Shown: in pieces, positions 1-10,162 of the stretch | Position numbering within the stretch: the stretch's first letter is position 1 | Layout of the letters: each line of letters starts with the position of its first letter | DNA from: an uncultured Methanosarcinales archaeon | GTDB taxonomy: Archaea > Nanobdellota > Nanobdellia > Woesearchaeales > CAYZNE01 | Assembly (NCBI GenBank): GCA_964461035.1 | Contig: CAYWRI010000001.1 | Coordinates: forward strand, 43,394 to 99,072 | Direction: 5' to 3' | DNA: 55,679 nt | The notes under the pieces: generated by a model | Told to the model about the DNA's origin: nothing | The model's input: the letters and a program-made list of their open reading frames with translations, nothing else | Databases searched by the model: none | Translations under genes and position numbers: made by a program

Positions 1-1587
1 CTTGAATTTATAAAATCGGGTGCAACTTTATTAATACCTGAAATAACTGAACAGCCAATAGCTATTGGAGATATTGATAAAAATTATCCTGGTTTAGAAT
101 TAGCATTTGTTGAACATCAAAACAGTTATTTACATGTATATCATTCAGATGGAACTATTGTGGAAAATTTTCCCACTCAAGAACGTATGAATGTGAACCA
201 ATATGTTGCAGTTGGCGATATTAATAATAATGGTCATTTAGAACTTGTAGCTATAGGTAGAAATAATCAGGATAATTACATATACATATTTAATGATGAA
301 GGAGAATTATTAAACACTATTGAATTATTTGAAAGTGGAACATCAGTTGTTTTAGAAGATATTAATAATGATGGAAATTTAGAATTGATTGTTTCTCATT
401 GGTATCAAGAAAACTCATGGATAACTAAAGTTTACAATTTACTTGGCGAAAATTTATATAATTTTTCAGGAGGAAATATGTTTTTTATGCCTTCTGTAGC
501 AGATATAGATAATGATAATTTAGTAGATATTATCATAAGCTCGGAAAATAATGATGATACAAATATAATTGCATATGATATTAATTCTGGTTTAAAATGG
601 CAAAGATTACTTCAAGGTGAAATAGCTGGAGAAGTAGTTATTGGAAATATTGATGCCACTTCAGAAGAATTAGAAATTGTGGCAATTACTTGCGAGTATG
701 GTGATTATTGTAAAATTCATGTTTTAGATTCTGATGGTGATTATTTGAATGAAAATTGGCCAAAAACGATTTCATACCCTGAAAATTTTTATGGAACAAG
801 CACTATATCCTTAAGTAATATGAATCCTACAGATAATAATTTAGAAATACTTTTTTCTATGTCTAACGAAATTCATGTTTTAGATTCTGAGGGTGAATAC
901 CTAAATGAAAATTGGCCAAAAACAGTAGCGGGTTATGGAATATCATCAATTTCTACTGCAGATTTAGATGATGATCAATTTCCAGAAATAATAGTTGGTT
1001 CTCCATCATCATTAAATATTTTTAATTATTTGGGTGAAAATTTTATTGATCCTATTCAATCACAAAGTCAAAATTTATACCCTGTTGTTTCAGATATTAA
1101 TGTAAATGGTTTTTGGGATATAATCACAAGTTCTCATGAAATGGGAATTTATTTTGTAGATTTAAACAATGACTATAAAAGCCATTCGCAAGAATGGTCA
1201 ATGTTTCAACATGATGTAAAACACACTGGAAAATATACAAATCCTGAACTAAATGTTCTATTAGGTGATGTTAATGATGATCAATTAGTTGATTCTTTTG
1301 ATGCAAGTTTAGTTTTAAACTATTTTGTGTTAAATGAAATAAATTTTGAAAATTGGCAGATTATTGCTGCAGATGTGGATTGTAATGGTGCAATAGAATC
1401 ATATGATGCAGCACTTATTTTAAGATATTCTGTAGGTATAATTGATCAATTTCCTTGTGAATTTGAAGGAAGATATGATAAAAATGAATTATCTGTGTTG
1501 AATAAATGTATAAATAATATTAATGTAGATTTAAACAAAAATAATCTTCAAAAAGAACTAACTAATTGTTTAAGCGTTATGCATTAA
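1..1587 (+). CDS. FG-GAP/VCBS-like repeat (beta-propeller) protein with C-terminal dockerin type I domain and Cys-containing tail; 5'-truncated by the window edge
   Basis: Frame is open from base 1 (LEFIKSG...). Repeats such as VAVGDINNNGHLELV, ADIDNDNLVDII and TADLDDDQFPEIIVGS; WSMFQHDVKHTG motif; paired dockerin Ca-loops GDVNDDQLVDSFD / ADVDCNGAIESYD. Confidence 0.8.
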   Translation, partial: LEFIKSGATLLIPEITEQPIAIGDIDKNYPGLELAFVEHQNSYLHVYHSDGTIVENFPTQERMNVNQYVAVGDINNNGHLELVAIGRNNQDNYIYIFNDEGELLNTIELFESGTSVVLEDINNDGNLELIVSHWYQENSWITKVYNLLGENLYNFSGGNMFFMPSVADIDNDNLVDIIISSENNDDTNIIAYDINSGLKWQRLLQGEIAGEVVIGNIDATSEELEIVAITCEYGDYCKIHVLDSDGDYLNENWPKTISYPENFYGTSTISLSNMNPTDNNLEILFSMSNEIHVLDSEGEYLNENWPKTVAGYGISSISTADLDDDQFPEIIVGSPSSLNIFNYLGENFIDPIQSQSQNLYPVVSDINVNGFWDIITSSHEMGIYFVDLNNDYKSHSQEWSMFQHDVKHTGKYTNPELNVLLGDVNDDQLVDSFDASLVLNYFVLNEINFENWQIIAADVDCNGAIESYDAALILRYSVGIIDQFPCEFEGRYDKNELSVLNKCINNINVDLNKNNLQKELTNCLSVMH

Positions 1588-1783
1588 GTTTGATAATATT
1601 CTTACGCTGTAACACATAATGTAAGATTAAATATGAAAATTTGATTTTATTAGTTCGTGTTTTTTGCGACCTAAACTTATTTCAAAAACACTAGTTTTTG
1701 TATGAGTTACAGTATTGGCTTTTTTGAGAATAAAATTCTTAAAAAAAGAAAATTAATTATACGAAAATAATAATTGGTTGAGA

Positions 1784-2731
1784 TCATTTTTCAACATTAT
1801 ATAAATTTGCAATATAATCTCTTGCTTCATGAAGAATCTTTATTTGGTCTTGAGTTACAGCCACTGTCGGATGATTTTCATCAATAGATTCGTCAAATAA
1901 TGCTACTGAAATTCTAAGGATGGGCTGTACTGGTTCAAAAGAATATTCAGGGGTTAACAAAAGACCTTTTTCTTTTCTTTCCCACGAACCACCCCTAAGA
2001 TGATCTTGCTTTGTACCAAAATCATAAATTGATTGCATATAAAAATCATTAAGTTTTTTACCTTCAGATCCTTCAGGTTTGAGAAATTTATTAACATCTA
2101 AATTAATATCCAAAATAAAATAGTTGTTATTATGATCGAAAAGCAATAGTTCTGGTTTTTTAAATGGATAACTTGGTAAATTGGAATGCGCAATACCTTT
2201 AATTTCTGAAGAATGAATGGGTAATTTATTAAGAATATTTTGAAAATCTATATTAAACCACCAATTATCAACAAGACTTAAAGTTAAATCTAAATTTGAA
2301 CTTTCTATTGCTCGAAGATTATCAAAACCTTTTAGAAATTCATTTTTAGGATCTGTATCTGGAAATTGAAGAACATAATTATCTCCAATTTTTTTTATAT
2401 TAAGTTGTGTTTTATCAAAGTCAGGATTTATTAATAATGTTCCAATACTCACCCTTACTTCATTTGATTTTGATAATTCTGAATCTATGTAGCCAATTAG
2501 AGATTCAACAAATTTGTTATTTTCTTTTTTTCTTTTTGAAATATAACTAGGGGGTACAGTTTCATCAAATTTAAGAACGGGATAACTTCGTAATGCTTCA
2601 TGTACTTTTTCAAGACTAGGAAAAACAATACCAACAATTCTATCTTCAAGAGAAATATTAATTATTTCTGATTCTTCCTGAAAATTTGTAGGAGTTTTTT
2701 TGAATTCTTCTGCAGGATTAAAAATTTTCAT
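1784..2731 (-). CDS. hypothetical protein (315 aa)
   Basis: Long ORF with an upstream TATA-like TTTATAAA; no family recognised. Confidence 0.6.
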   Translation of the reverse strand: MKIFNPAEEFKKTPTNFQEESEIINISLEDRIVGIVFPSLEKVHEALRSYPVLKFDETVPPSYISKRKKENNKFVESLIGYIDSELSKSNEVRVSIGTLLINPDFDKTQLNIKKIGDNYVLQFPDTDPKNEFLKGFDNLRAIESSNLDLTLSLVDNWWFNIDFQNILNKLPIHSSEIKGIAHSNLPSYPFKKPELLLFDHNNNYFILDINLDVNKFLKPEGSEGKKLNDFYMQSIYDFGTKQDHLRGGSWERKEKGLLLTPEYSFEPVQPILRISVALFDESIDENHPTVAVTQDQIKILHEARDYIANLYNVEK

Positions 2732-2830
2732 ATTGTTTGGAAGAAAATTATTATTTATAAACTTTTTTATTCAATTATCACTCTATAGAGAATAAAAATC
2801 AAAAAGAAAAAGATAAAAAATTAATTAAAA

Positions 2831-3706
2831 TCATGCTGCTATTTGATAATTATCTTTTTTATCATCATGAGTTATTTTATCTCTTATGTCTTTAATAACA
2901 GGGCCTGATTTCTTATCAGCATATATACCAATATCTTTGTAAAGATCATGATCTTTGAAAAGACCATCTTTAGTATGTTTATTATATGCTCTTATTGAAC
3001 TTAAAAAACTTGCTTTCATTAATTTAGTCATGTCCAATTTAACGCCCTGTGCATTTACTTTAGATAATAAATCATGTGATAAATCGAGTTGGTTCTTTTG
3101 ACTTCTTGAAAGTAAATCAGTATATACTGGTGAAACAAGATGACTATATGTTTTTTCCAAAACTTTGCTGTTAATGGAATGACCATACATAGAATCTAAA
3201 AATTTTTTCACAGTCATATCTTCATCTTTTGTCATAGAATCAAAAACATCTTTTAAAGCTTGTTCCCTTTGTCCATCACCAAAGCCAATATGTTCTCCAT
3301 ATTTATTCAAAACTAATTCTTCAAATTGTTCAGGAGTCATATGTTTTCTACCGTCTTTTAAAAGTTTATAAGCTTTAGAATCTAGTTCAGGTAAATGTTG
3401 TTGAGCAATAGCAACGAGCATCTTATAAAGTGCATCTTTGTTTTCTGCCATGGATTTTTTATCTGCATTTTCCATTAAATTGTTTTCAGAATTCATCATG
3501 TTATTACTGAGAGAATTATAAAACTTTCCTAAAACCCCTTTTGCCATTTCTTGAAATTTAAATGAATGTTTGCTGTCAAACATATCTACATGTTTTGATG
3601 CAACTTTGTAATCCGCACTTGGACCTCCATTAGCTCCGTAAATATCTTGTAAAATATCACTTATATCTGCAACTTCCACACCGTTTTTTTCTGTCATATT
3701 TATCAC
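2831..3706 (-). CDS. hypothetical protein (291 aa, predicted helical)
   Basis: Long ORF preceded by the AGGTGA Shine-Dalgarno motif; no family recognised. Confidence 0.6.
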   Translation of the reverse strand: MINMTEKNGVEVADISDILQDIYGANGGPSADYKVASKHVDMFDSKHSFKFQEMAKGVLGKFYNSLSNNMMNSENNLMENADKKSMAENKDALYKMLVAIAQQHLPELDSKAYKLLKDGRKHMTPEQFEELVLNKYGEHIGFGDGQREQALKDVFDSMTKDEDMTVKKFLDSMYGHSINSKVLEKTYSHLVSPVYTDLLSRSQKNQLDLSHDLLSKVNAQGVKLDMTKLMKASFLSSIRAYNKHTKDGLFKDHDLYKDIGIYADKKSGPVIKDIRDKITHDDKKDNYQIAA

Positions 3707-4069
3707 CTATTGATTATTTTTTTTTAATTTAATAGTTTATTAAAGGAGTATACTAAAATATAATCTGTATACTTAAATCATTAATAATAGTTATTTATCA
3801 CTTTATAGTAAACAATTGTTTATAAACTTTTTTGTTTTCCAATGTTTTTCAATAAATATATTTATAAATAAGTTACTATTCTAAAAACTTATATTTCTTT
3901 GATAATTTAAAATAACTAGTTTTCAAAAGAAATAAACCATAGTAATATTTAAATATTACGCTAATTTGTCATAATAATAAGATAAATTATAACAATTATG
4001 GCAATAATTAGATAAATTGTTATAATAATAGCATAAATTAATAAATACTTAGAATAGGTTTAAAGTAAA

Positions 4070-4735
4070 ATGATACAAAAAAATGACTTTATAGAATTTG
4101 ATTATACTGGTAAATTCGTTGATGATAATGAATTATTTGATACAACAAAAGAAAGTGTTGCAAAAGAAAATGGACTTTATAATGAAAATAACAAAAAAAC
4201 TTTTGTTCCATTAATTGTTTGTGTAGGACAAAGACAGGTTGTTCAGGGATTAGATGATGCACTTATAGGTAAAAATGTGGGAGAAGAGTTTAAAGTAACT
4301 GTAACTCCTGAAAACGGATTTGGAAAAAAGCGTTCAGAATTAATGAATCTAATGTCATTAAACACATTTAAAAAACAAGATATACGACCATTTCCAGGAC
4401 TTCAAGTAAATATTGATAATCAATTTGGAGTTGTTAAAACCGTTTCTGGAGGAAGAATAATAGTTGATTTTAATCATCCATTATCAGGAAAGGATTTGTT
4501 GTATGAAGTGAAAATTCTTAAACAAATAACTGATATTAAACAAAAAATAGGGCTAACACTAAAATCATTATTTCAACTAAACGGTGATGTAACATACAAC
4601 AAAGATGATAATACTGCATCAATTAAATTAAAATTACCGCAGGTTGCAGATAAAGATGTTATTGAAAATTTGGAAACTAAATTAAAAGAAAAACTGAAAG
4701 AAATAGTTGGAGTTGAAGTAACAATACACATGTAA
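4070..4735 (+). CDS. FKBP-type peptidyl-prolyl cis-trans isomerase (archaeal long/SlyD-like type)
   Basis: DFIEFDYTGK...FDTT...VGQRQVVQGLDDAL...VTPENGFG and VDFNHPLSGKDLLYEVKI motifs. Confidence 0.92.
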   Translation: MIQKNDFIEFDYTGKFVDDNELFDTTKESVAKENGLYNENNKKTFVPLIVCVGQRQVVQGLDDALIGKNVGEEFKVTVTPENGFGKKRSELMNLMSLNTFKKQDIRPFPGLQVNIDNQFGVVKTVSGGRIIVDFNHPLSGKDLLYEVKILKQITDIKQKIGLTLKSLFQLNGDVTYNKDDNTASIKLKLPQVADKDVIENLETKLKEKLKEIVGVEVTIHM

Positions 4736-4823
4736 TGTGTGGAGTATATACTTTCATAACCAAAATTTTATAAACTTTATGTATATATTATAATTTATTT
4801 TATATTCAAATGGGGGTTGTAAT

Positions 4824-5933
4824 ATGGATTCAATCATGAACAATGCTATGAGCAGAGCAGAAGAAGATGTAAAAAGAACTAATGTTAAAGATAGGACTGC
4901 TATGGATCGAGAACTCGAAGAACTACTAAGTCAACAAAATGCTAAAATAAAAGTAATTGGTAGTGGTGGAGCAGGAAACAATACAATTAATAGAATAAAC
5001 GAAGTTGGTATTGTTGGCGCTGAAACAATTGCTGTTAATACGGATGCACAAGACTTACTTTACACGAGTGCTGATAAAAAAATACTGATAGGAAAAGATC
5101 TTACAAAAGGTTTAGGTGCAGGTTCAATGCCTAAAATAGGTGAAGAAGCTGCAAGAGAATCAGAACATGAGTTAAAAAGTGCTATTCAAGGCGCAGACAT
5201 AGTTTTTATTACTTGCGGTCTTGGTGGTGGAACAGGAACAGGTTCTTCACCAGTTGTTGCAGAAATAGCTAAAAAATCAGGCGCATTAACAGTTGGTATT
5301 GTTACAATGCCGTTTATTATGGAAAGTCATAGAAGATATGAAAATGCTGTTATGGGACTTTCAAAATTAGAAAAGAATGTTGATACATTAATAGTTATTC
5401 CTAATGAAAAACTTTTGGAATTAGCTCCAGATTTACCATTAAAAACTGCATTCAAAGTTGCAGATGAAATTTTAACAAATGCTGTTAAAGGAATCGCTGA
5501 ACTTGTTACAAAAGCAGGACTCGTAAATCTTGATTTTGCAGATATAAAAGCAGTGATGGGTGATGGTGGAGTTGCATTGATTGGAGTTGGAGAATCAGAT
5601 ACAAATAATAGGGCGGAAGAAGCAGTAACTAAAGCTGTAAACAATCCCTTACTAGATGTTGATATTGGTGGAGCAACCGGTGCGTTAATTAATGTAACTG
5701 GTGGAAATGATATGACTCTTGCTGAAGCACAAGCTGTTGTTCAAAAAATATCTGATCAACTAGATGAAGATGCTAGAATAATTTGGGGAGCTCAAATAGA
5801 TGAAGACCTAGAAGGAATAATGAAAGTTATGCTAATAATAACAGGTGTTCAAAGCAGTCAAATAACTGGTAAAAGTGTTTCGTTAAATAAAAAAGAATAT
5901 GGTTCAGATTTAGGAATAGAATTTGTTGATTAA
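4824..5933 (+). CDS. ftsZ: cell division protein FtsZ (FtsZ1 type, linked to secE and spt5)
   Basis: [28 protein letters not shown] tubulin signature, [11 protein letters not shown]. Confidence 0.98.
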   Translation: MDSIMNNAMSRAEEDVKRTNVKDRTAMDRELEELLSQQNAKIKVIGSGGAGNNTINRINEVGIVGAETIAVNTDAQDLLYTSADKKILIGKDLTKGLGAGSMPKIGEEAARESEHELKSAIQGADIVFITCGLGGGTGTGSSPVVAEIAKKSGALTVGIVTMPFIMESHRRYENAVMGLSKLEKNVDTLIVIPNEKLLELAPDLPLKTAFKVADEILTNAVKGIAELVTKAGLVNLDFADIKAVMGDGGVALIGVGESDTNNRAEEAVTKAVNNPLLDVDIGGATGALINVTGGNDMTLAEAQAVVQKISDQLDEDARIIWGAQIDEDLEGIMKVMLIITGVQSSQITGKSVSLNKKEYGSDLGIEFVD

Positions 5934-5934
5934 A

Positions 5935-6099
5935 ATGGTGAATTTAAAACAATTTATTAAAGAATGTAGACGAGTTTGGTCAATTACAAAAAAGCCAACC
6001 AATGAAGAGTATCAAGTTATAATAAAAGTTGCGGGTTTAGGAATACTTGCAATAGGACTTATAGGTTTTTTAGTATCAATAATAGGATTAGCACTATAA
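5935..6099 (+). CDS. secE: protein translocase subunit SecE / Sec61-gamma (54 aa, absent from the ORF track)
   Basis: Manual translation MVNLKQFIKECRRVWSITKKPTNEEYQVIIKVAGLGILAIGLIGFLVSIIGLAL; matches the archaeal RVxxxTKKPxxEEY + TM pattern; sits between ftsZ and spt5. Confidence 0.93.
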   Translation: MVNLKQFIKECRRVWSITKKPTNEEYQVIIKVAGLGILAIGLIGFLVSIIGLAL

Positions 6100-6113
6100 A
6101 CGATGTGATTTTT

Positions 6114-6704
6114 ATGAGTGAAGAAGAAAGCAAAATAAATATTGAATCTGAAACGGAAAAAATAAATGAATTAAAAACTCCGTACCAGATAGCAAAAGAA
6201 AAAGAAGAAAGCGCTGCTGAAGAAGTTAGTTCTGAAGATAAAGAACATGAGAAAAACACTAAAATATTTACTCTAAGAACAACAGCAAATCGAGAAGATC
6301 AAGTAATGGATTTTGTAACAAGCAATGCTATAAAAAAAGGTCTTGAAGTATACTCACTAATAAAACCACATGGACTGAGAGGATATATTTTTCTAGAAGC
6401 TGAAACTTTATCTGATGCAGAACAGGCAGCATATGGTGTTCCTTATGCTAGGGGAGTTCTACCAAAATCTTTAGCATATAATGAAATAGATCACATGGTT
6501 GAAACAGTTAAAAGAGAAATTAATATTCAAAAAAATGATATTGCTGAAATAATTTCGGGACCTTTCAAAAGAGAACAATGTAAAATTGCAAGAATTGATA
6601 AATCAAAAGGCGAAGTTGTTGTTGAACTTTTAGAGGCTGCTGTTCCAATACCAATAACTCTTAAACTAGATGATGTAAAAGTTATTCGAAGAGAAAAAGA
6701 TTAA
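6114..6704 (+). CDS. spt5: transcription elongation factor Spt5 (NusG family) with an acidic N-terminal extension
   Basis: NGN domain (IFTLRTTANRED...LRGYIFLEA) and KOW domain (DIAEIISGPFKREQCKI); ATG at 6114 follows a GTGAT SD-like motif. Confidence 0.95.
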   Translation: MSEEESKINIESETEKINELKTPYQIAKEKEESAAEEVSSEDKEHEKNTKIFTLRTTANREDQVMDFVTSNAIKKGLEVYSLIKPHGLRGYIFLEAETLSDAEQAAYGVPYARGVLPKSLAYNEIDHMVETVKREINIQKNDIAEIISGPFKREQCKIARIDKSKGEVVVELLEAAVPIPITLKLDDVKVIRREKD

Positions 6705-6727
6705 TTCTTTTTTTTATTTCTTTATTT

Positions 6728-6988
6728 TTAAGATAAAAATGTTTCTTTTAATACATCAATATATGCTTTTGTGATTTTACCTTCATTATAAAAAGCATTA
6801 AATTTAAGAGTTTTATTAAATTTATTCGTATGTTCAAATGCTACTGGTTCTGGTTGATCAAAACAAGATTCTCCTCCAGGACGAACATTTCTTTTTTCAC
6901 TCATATAAAAATTTTTGTTTCTAAATATGATAAATGAACCATTAAGTTGAACCAATTGAGCATTTTCAAATTTAAAAACAAATGGCAT
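6728..6988 (-). CDS. hypothetical protein (86 aa)
   Basis: ORF only; in tandem with the next minus-strand ORF. Confidence 0.4.
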   Translation of the reverse strand: MPFVFKFENAQLVQLNGSFIIFRNKNFYMSEKRNVRPGGESCFDQPEPVAFEHTNKFNKTLKFNAFYNEGKITKAYIDVLKETFLS

Positions 6989-7005
6989 GAGTATTCTATG
7001 ATACG

Positions 7006-7362
7006 CTAAAATTGAATCCTTTTTTTTTGTGTCATACTAATACGGGTTGTTGCTACCCAATTAGAAACAGGGGTGATATTAATTGTATGGGTTTCCAAAT
7101 AATCTTCATAACCAGGAATCAAAGAAGCCTTATCATAATTTTTCCGAAATTCATGAGATTCAACATTATTATAAGTTCTATTTTGTAAATCAATAACTTC
7201 ATCAAAAAAAGTAACTAAACCCTCCAGAATATCTGCAGATCTTCGATCTCGAGAAGACTCTATTTCTGGACGATATAATTCTAAAACTTTATTAGCATCC
7301 ATTGTAAACTCTTGAATGAGCTTTGAAATAATTTCATCAATTTTATTCGCGAATTTAGACAT
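7006..7362 (-). CDS. hypothetical protein (118 aa)
   Basis: ORF with an upstream TTTAAATAAA TATA-like element. Confidence 0.5.
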   Translation of the reverse strand: MSKFANKIDEIISKLIQEFTMDANKVLELYRPEIESSRDRRSADILEGLVTFFDEVIDLQNRTYNNVESHEFRKNYDKASLIPGYEDYLETHTINITPVSNWVATTRISMTQKKRIQF

Positions 7363-7440
7363 TTGTGAAAGGAATGAACAAGTTTATTTAAACTTTTCTT
7401 CATCATTAAAAAAAGATTTATAAAAACTTAAAATAAATTT

Positions 7441-8589
7441 ATGTTTATGAGGAAAGAAATATTTATTCTTATGATTTTTGTAGTTTCTTGCAGTAGTGTG
7501 TTTGCATCTACAATTACTAGATATGGTTCTGATTTTACTATTGTTGAGAAGGAAATTTCATTTAAAGTAAATGATAGATTAGGTACTGAAAGATTAAGTT
7601 TTGACTATGAGTATGTGGGTTCTGGATTTAATAATTTGCCTTATGGGCAACAATTAAAAAATAAAGATGTTAAATTAGGATTTAACAACAAAGAATTAGA
7701 CGATACTGATAACTACTATTTTAATGCTCGTTATTATGATTATGACTCTGGTAAGTTTTTAGGTGTCGATCCAATTAATGATAATCCTGCTTATGCTTTT
7801 GTTTCCAATAACCCAATGAATTATATTGATCCAAGCGGACTTATTGAAAAACAACCAATTGATACGGGTGAAATTTTTAACAGGAATGGATTAGCTTATT
7901 TCATTGATTTGAAAGTTGATTCTATTGGAGAAGAATTCATTAATCACATGTCTGATGAAATTCTCACCATTATGAATGAAGAATACAAGTCTGAAATACC
8001 TCAGGAAAATAAACGTATCTTATATCTTGCCAAATATGTTGATGATACAATTTGGGATAGCACTAATTACGCTGAAGAGAGACAAAAATCTGGCCATTAT
8101 CTTGATCCTTACTCACCAATTAAATTTTTGAATCCTTTAGGATTAGGCAACTTTTTTAGTTTAATTCATTCTATTGAAAGAGACATTGTTGAGGTAGTAA
8201 ATGAAGGGGTTTGCGTTGAGAAATCTATATTAACAGTGCTGATTCTTGAAGACTTCATTGACAAGCAAGAACTATCCGATAAATATGGTGTTTACTACGA
8301 AACAGTCAGTGCTAAAACCAAGAGGTATTTTATTGACGAAAACTATGAAGAAAAGACTCTTAGAACAGAAGCGTTATTTGGTCATGCATATGTTGTGATT
8401 GAAGACTTTTCTTCAGGCAAGGAATATTTTTTGACAAAAGGGAAGATATATGACTCTTTTGAAGACTTTACAGAAGTTGTTTACATGGGAAACTATGGTC
8501 CTGTAGATGTAAAGAATGGTCACACAATTTATTATGAAAATTCTTATGAAAGAGGAGAAAAACAATATTTACTTCAATCAGAAGAATGA
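7441..8589 (+). CDS. mini-Rhs protein 1: signal peptide + Rhs-associated core + transglutaminase-like (Cys/His) C-terminal domain
   Basis: DRLG, LPYGQ, YYFNARYYDYDSGKFLGVDP and NNPMNYIDPSG Rhs-core motifs; C-terminus has GVCVEKSILTVLIL and GHAYVVIED. Confidence 0.85.
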   Translation: MFMRKEIFILMIFVVSCSSVFASTITRYGSDFTIVEKEISFKVNDRLGTERLSFDYEYVGSGFNNLPYGQQLKNKDVKLGFNNKELDDTDNYYFNARYYDYDSGKFLGVDPINDNPAYAFVSNNPMNYIDPSGLIEKQPIDTGEIFNRNGLAYFIDLKVDSIGEEFINHMSDEILTIMNEEYKSEIPQENKRILYLAKYVDDTIWDSTNYAEERQKSGHYLDPYSPIKFLNPLGLGNFFSLIHSIERDIVEVVNEGVCVEKSILTVLILEDFIDKQELSDKYGVYYETVSAKTKRYFIDENYEEKTLRTEALFGHAYVVIEDFSSGKEYFLTKGKIYDSFEDFTEVVYMGNYGPVDVKNGHTIYYENSYERGEKQYLLQSEE

Positions 8590-8628
8590 TTTTTAATTAA
8601 ACGAGTGATAAATAATAGTATATAACCT

Positions 8629-8660
8629 ATTAAAAAAAGATTCATAAAGAATATATTAAT
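8629..8660 (+). promoter_or_regulatory. BRE/TATA-like element nearly identical to the tRNA-Lys promoter
   Basis: ATTAAAAAAAGATTCATAAAGAATATATTAAT vs ATTAAAAAAGATTTATAAAGAATATATTAAT at 10105-10135. Confidence 0.5.
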
Positions 8661-8850
8661 CACTCAAATGAACTAATTGATGAAGAGAATTTCTTAACGC
8701 TAACTTACAGTAATAGCTTTAAATTATCTGAGCCTGGATTAGTTAGAGTACATCCAGAATAATCATTTAATAAGATAAATAATGTGAGTTAATTTTTAGA
8801 GAAACAATAGAAAATCTGAAAAAAATTTATAAAACGCCAAAACAAAAATT

Positions 8851-10041
8851 ATGGTTATGCGAAAAGAAATATTTATTCTTATGATTTTTGTAGTTTCTTG
8901 TAGTTCAGTATTTGCATCTACAATTACCAGATATGGTTCTGACTTTACAATTGTTGAGAATGAAATTTCATTTAAAGTAAATGATAGATTAGGTACTGAA
9001 TGATTAAGTTTTGAAGATGAGTATGTGGGTTCTGGATTTAATAATTTGCCTTATGGGCAACAATTAAAAAATAAAGATGTTAAATTAGGATTTAACAACA
9101 AAGAATTAGACGATACTGATAACTACTATTTTAATGCTCGTTATTATGATTATGACTCTGGTAAGTTTTTAGGTGTCGATCCAATTAATGATAATCCTGC
9201 TTATGCTTTTGTTTCCAATAACCCAATGAATTATATTGATCCAAGCGGAATGGACAATATATTGTACATCCACGCCAACTATGAAACAACAGATCATAAT
9301 GATGCATTTGCAGATGAAACAAAAGAAAGCTATGAATCAGAAGGTCATACAGTTACAGAAATAGTTATTGAAACTTCTGAACAATTTGAACAAGCACTAG
9401 AAACTGCATACAAACAATTTGAAAATACAGGAGAAAAATACGATTTTTTCATTTTGGGAGGACACGGAAATAAATATGAGATAAAGTTGTCTGATTATGA
9501 TGTAAATCATAACGGAAAAGAAGAGTTATCGTATTCAGATATGAAAAAATTAAATGTTGATAAAAAAGACAAATATTTCAACATGTTATCTACTAACGCA
9601 GAAGGGTGTTTACATAGTTGTTCAGGTGCAGAAACCACTATTGGAAAATCTTATGATCTAGGAACTGATGCTGGCAGTCATCCTCGACATTATCCTAATT
9701 CTAAAGCCCAAGAACTTTCTAATTTATTAAATATTCCTATCTATGCAATGATTGGTCATGGCAACATCTTATTTGATAAGAAAGCTTTAACTCCTATGAA
9801 AATTAATTGGAATATTGTTAAAATTGAACATAAAAACTTAGAAATTATACATGGATCAATAGTTTATGAAGAAAGAATCATAGATTATTCTGATAAAACT
9901 GTAATTCAAATAATTAGAAGCATGTATTTCTTGGACGAACAGATTGCTCAAAAAATTAACGACATAATTACGGGTGCAAAGAAAATAAGTGAAAAAAAAC
10001 GTGTTATTAATCCAAACTTGGTCGTTGTTTATCCAGAATAA
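8851..10041 (+). pseudogene. mini-Rhs protein 2 interrupted by an in-frame TGA at 9001-9003; caspase-like (HG...SC) C-terminal domain
   Basis: 5' part aligns with copy 1 at offset 1410; the AGA codon of copy 1 is TGA here; the frame continues through DPSG into FFILGGHG...LHSCSG. Confidence 0.8.
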
Positions 10042-10104
10042 AAAAATTAATTATATTATGGAATCCCAAAAGTATTAAACTATTTATATCTATATTTTAA
10101 ATAG

Positions 10105-10135
10105 ATTAAAAAAGATTTATAAAGAATATATTAAT
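10105..10135 (+). promoter_or_regulatory. BRE/TATA promoter of tRNA-Lys
   Basis: A-rich BRE followed by TTTATAAA about 40 nt upstream of the tRNA 5' end. Confidence 0.6.
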
Positions 10136-10162
10136 TCTTAAGAAGATAAAGACTTACTATGC

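Noticed and set aside
713-923. 55-bp internal repeat (IHVLDSxGxYLNENWPKT twice)
   Set aside because: Explained as ordinary blade duplication in a beta-propeller repeat protein.
1784-2731. LRGGSW motif resembling a DGR C-type-lectin target protein
   Set aside because: It lacks the downstream R...GFR pattern, and the window has no template repeat with adenine-specific mismatches and no reverse transcriptase.
3707-4069. Replication origin in the very AT-rich spacer
   Set aside because: No ORB-like motifs or adjacent orc1/cdc6 gene; divergent promoters explain the region.
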